From Lytechinus pictus (Eukaryota), in assembly GCF_037042905.1 (NCBI RefSeq), contig NC_087251.1, forward strand, positions 40,736,001 through 40,800,000: a DNA stretch of 64,000 bases, given 5' to 3'. A model generated the notes under the pieces. It had not been told where the DNA came from. It saw only the letters and a program-made list of their open reading frames with translations, and made no database searches. Numbering within the stretch: position 1 is the stretch's first letter; each line of letters opens with the position of its first letter. A program made the position numbers and the translations under genes. Positions 61,655 to 64,000 of the stretch are shown here, in pieces.

Positions 61655-64000
61655 GTAAGTTTAGATGTCTTTAATAGCTAACATCCACAACTGAAAAGTG
61701 AATCTGTTGCAAAATATAATGTCTTTTTAATCAGCATGCAAGTCACTCGTAGCATGTTCTACAATTCGCATAGTTTTAATTATTAATTGATTAAATTAAT
61801 TTTGCGATTTGATTGATTATACTAATTTACGCATAAATTATGCATGAGATAAGAATTTTAGGTCTAAATTAATGAATAAAGGCTCAGATAAGTTTAAATT
61901 TGTTTATTCTCTGATCTTAGTTAATGTAATTTAAAAAGTGAGTGTCTACTGTCAAAATTAATTGATTTGTTTATATGATTTTGTAAATTTCTTAAAATTT
62001 TTACCCTTTATCTTACATTGTTTTCCTGATGAAGAATATTTCTGTGATAATAATAAGCATGCATTTAATTAATTCTGATCAGTAATAATAATAATCATTT
62101 ATACATGAATTTTGGCTGATAATTTTTTTTTTTATTCTATACAAAATTATTTTAAAAGTAATTTTTACCCATGTGCGTGTATGATTTAATTTTTTTTTTT
62201 TTTTTCTTCTTGTTAGCTTGTCTGGGCATAATGAACTTGGTCTCCATATATGCGCTAGACTTGAAGCAAAAATATGTACTCAAACATCATGATATTTAGA
62301 ATATTTTTGTTCAGGCTTTATCAGGCAATGCATAGAAGGGGGCTGAGAAGCCCCCTCCATCCAACCCCCACTCACCCCACCCCTACAGCCACGTTTGGGT
62401 ATACTTTCAGATAATATTTTATAAACAAAATATATCAGACTTACTAAGCTACAGATATTCTGAATTTGTCTTTTTTACTGTACTAAATTATCAGTTTTCG
62501 TATGGATGTTAGTTTCTCATATCATGATATCACAGGCAAATCAGTTTTGACTATTTATCACTTCCTGTATCATATCCCCCACATATCTTCCCTCTGGTTT
62601 ATTGCATTTTACTTATACTACATTTGTTTGTTTTAATTTTTGTTGTTTGTATTGTATTTGTTGTTTTTTGCAGTTTGTGATGTGATATTGATTTCAACCC
62701 CATTTCAACTTTTGAGTTCATTATTATATGTCTTGTACGTTTTGTGATGATACACATTAATATAACAATGCCTTCAGCTTTGGCTATAGACAGATAACAC
62801 ATAAAGCGCGATTTACACATATAAAGCAATACCTGCTCAGTGCATATTTATGTAATATTGACTTGCCTTGAGGGAAATACCACATATATTGCCCTACAAG
62901 ACTCATATTACCCCAAGTTGCAGACGAGGGCAATATCTGTGGTATTTCCCGAAAGTAAAGCCAGTCAATTTTTTTCAGTATTATCCAAATCAGACATCTA
63001 GAGCGAACCAAATTGTCAAAAAATTACAGATGGAAATTTTTTGCATGTAATCTCAATGCGGAATTCACGTGTTCCATATTGTTACTTCGCTGCATGAGTA
63101 TCGCAAGCAAACATTTTATTGCCCTTCATTTCTAAAGTTCCCGGATGTGAGACCTTGGAAATACAAAGGTATATATTGCGTCATCTGCGCATGCAAAGTC
63201 AATGCGCGTATAGAGACCAAGCAAAATACAAACAATATACCTATCCCTTCCCGATATTCATAAAATCTAAGGCAATACGGTTCTGAAAATGACCTGCTCA
63301 GATGTCTGATACGGATAATAATATGCTGTATCCAGGGAGTAGTTGATGAATGTTGAAATATTTCATTGTCGTAATAATAAACTATGATTGATAGTATCTT
63401 AGAACTGCTAAGATGAGTACAGTCAAATCTGCTTTAAAAACCACTTGTTTGATTTCCCAATAATAATTTTCACCATGGAAAAAAAATTATTACAGGAACC
63501 TATTCATCCACAAAGACCATGTGATAAACAATACTTTTCTCTCATTTTGATGGTCTTTATGGACAGGATACACTTTAGCATGGTTTCTAAAGCAAAGTTA
63601 TATCTACCACATTAAATAAAAACATCATTTAATATTGTGGAGATTATAATTTAATAAATCTGACACATTAATCGGGCATTGCAAGTCTGTTTTCGGTGCC
63701 TGAATCAATCATATCTCTTGTAATTAATTGTAAATTTGTGATTGATTGCTTATCTGCTTCTTGAAACAAGAAGTGTAATATGATTTGCTACAGCTAAAAT
63801 TTATCTATTAATTGTAAAATTGCAAAAGAATATTTGCGATTGATTGCAAATATTTTCTTGCAACACCCCCTATGATGTCTACATGTGGAAATGCTTCCTG
63901 ATATCACTTTTCTTTCTTGCTTTGTTGAAATCCATGCAGTATGGTATGTGTATTGAGGCCGTTTGCTCTGGTATTTGAATGCATCTGTTTGTGTGTTTCT

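Overview
This is AT-rich, intron-rich animal DNA. An echinoid (sea-urchin-like) source is inferred from the repeat families and has not been tested. Three protein-coding genes were assembled by hand from GT-AG exons with consistent phases. (1) The last four exons of an SLC6 Na+/Cl- transporter (GABA/taurine/creatine-like), + strand, 1-5174. (2) A complete 5-exon LYPLAL1, - strand, 21477-14579, 231 aa with an intact Ser-Asp-His triad. (3) The first ~20 coding exons of tubulin polyglutamylase TTLL5, + strand, from 34719 and running off the window. The rest is densely nested mobile DNA: TTAA-flanked Kolobok-type MITEs, hAT-type MITEs with 8-bp TSDs (one with 6 bp), Harbinger-, Tc1- and EnSpm-like MITEs, Helentron-type HINEs, tRNA-derived SINEs and two CR1/L2-type LINE RT fragments. 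One RT fragment keeps a 451-codon open frame that ends inside a ~317-bp palindrome. Superfamily calls rest on termini and TSDs only. I found no convincing wholly new biological system. The best leads are the truncated-but-open RT cassette inside a DNA-element nest, MITE-associated local duplications and a templated insertion, a promoter-like island inside LYPLAL1 intron 1, a foldback element just after the LYPLAL1 stop, and frame-preserving TTLL5 microexons.
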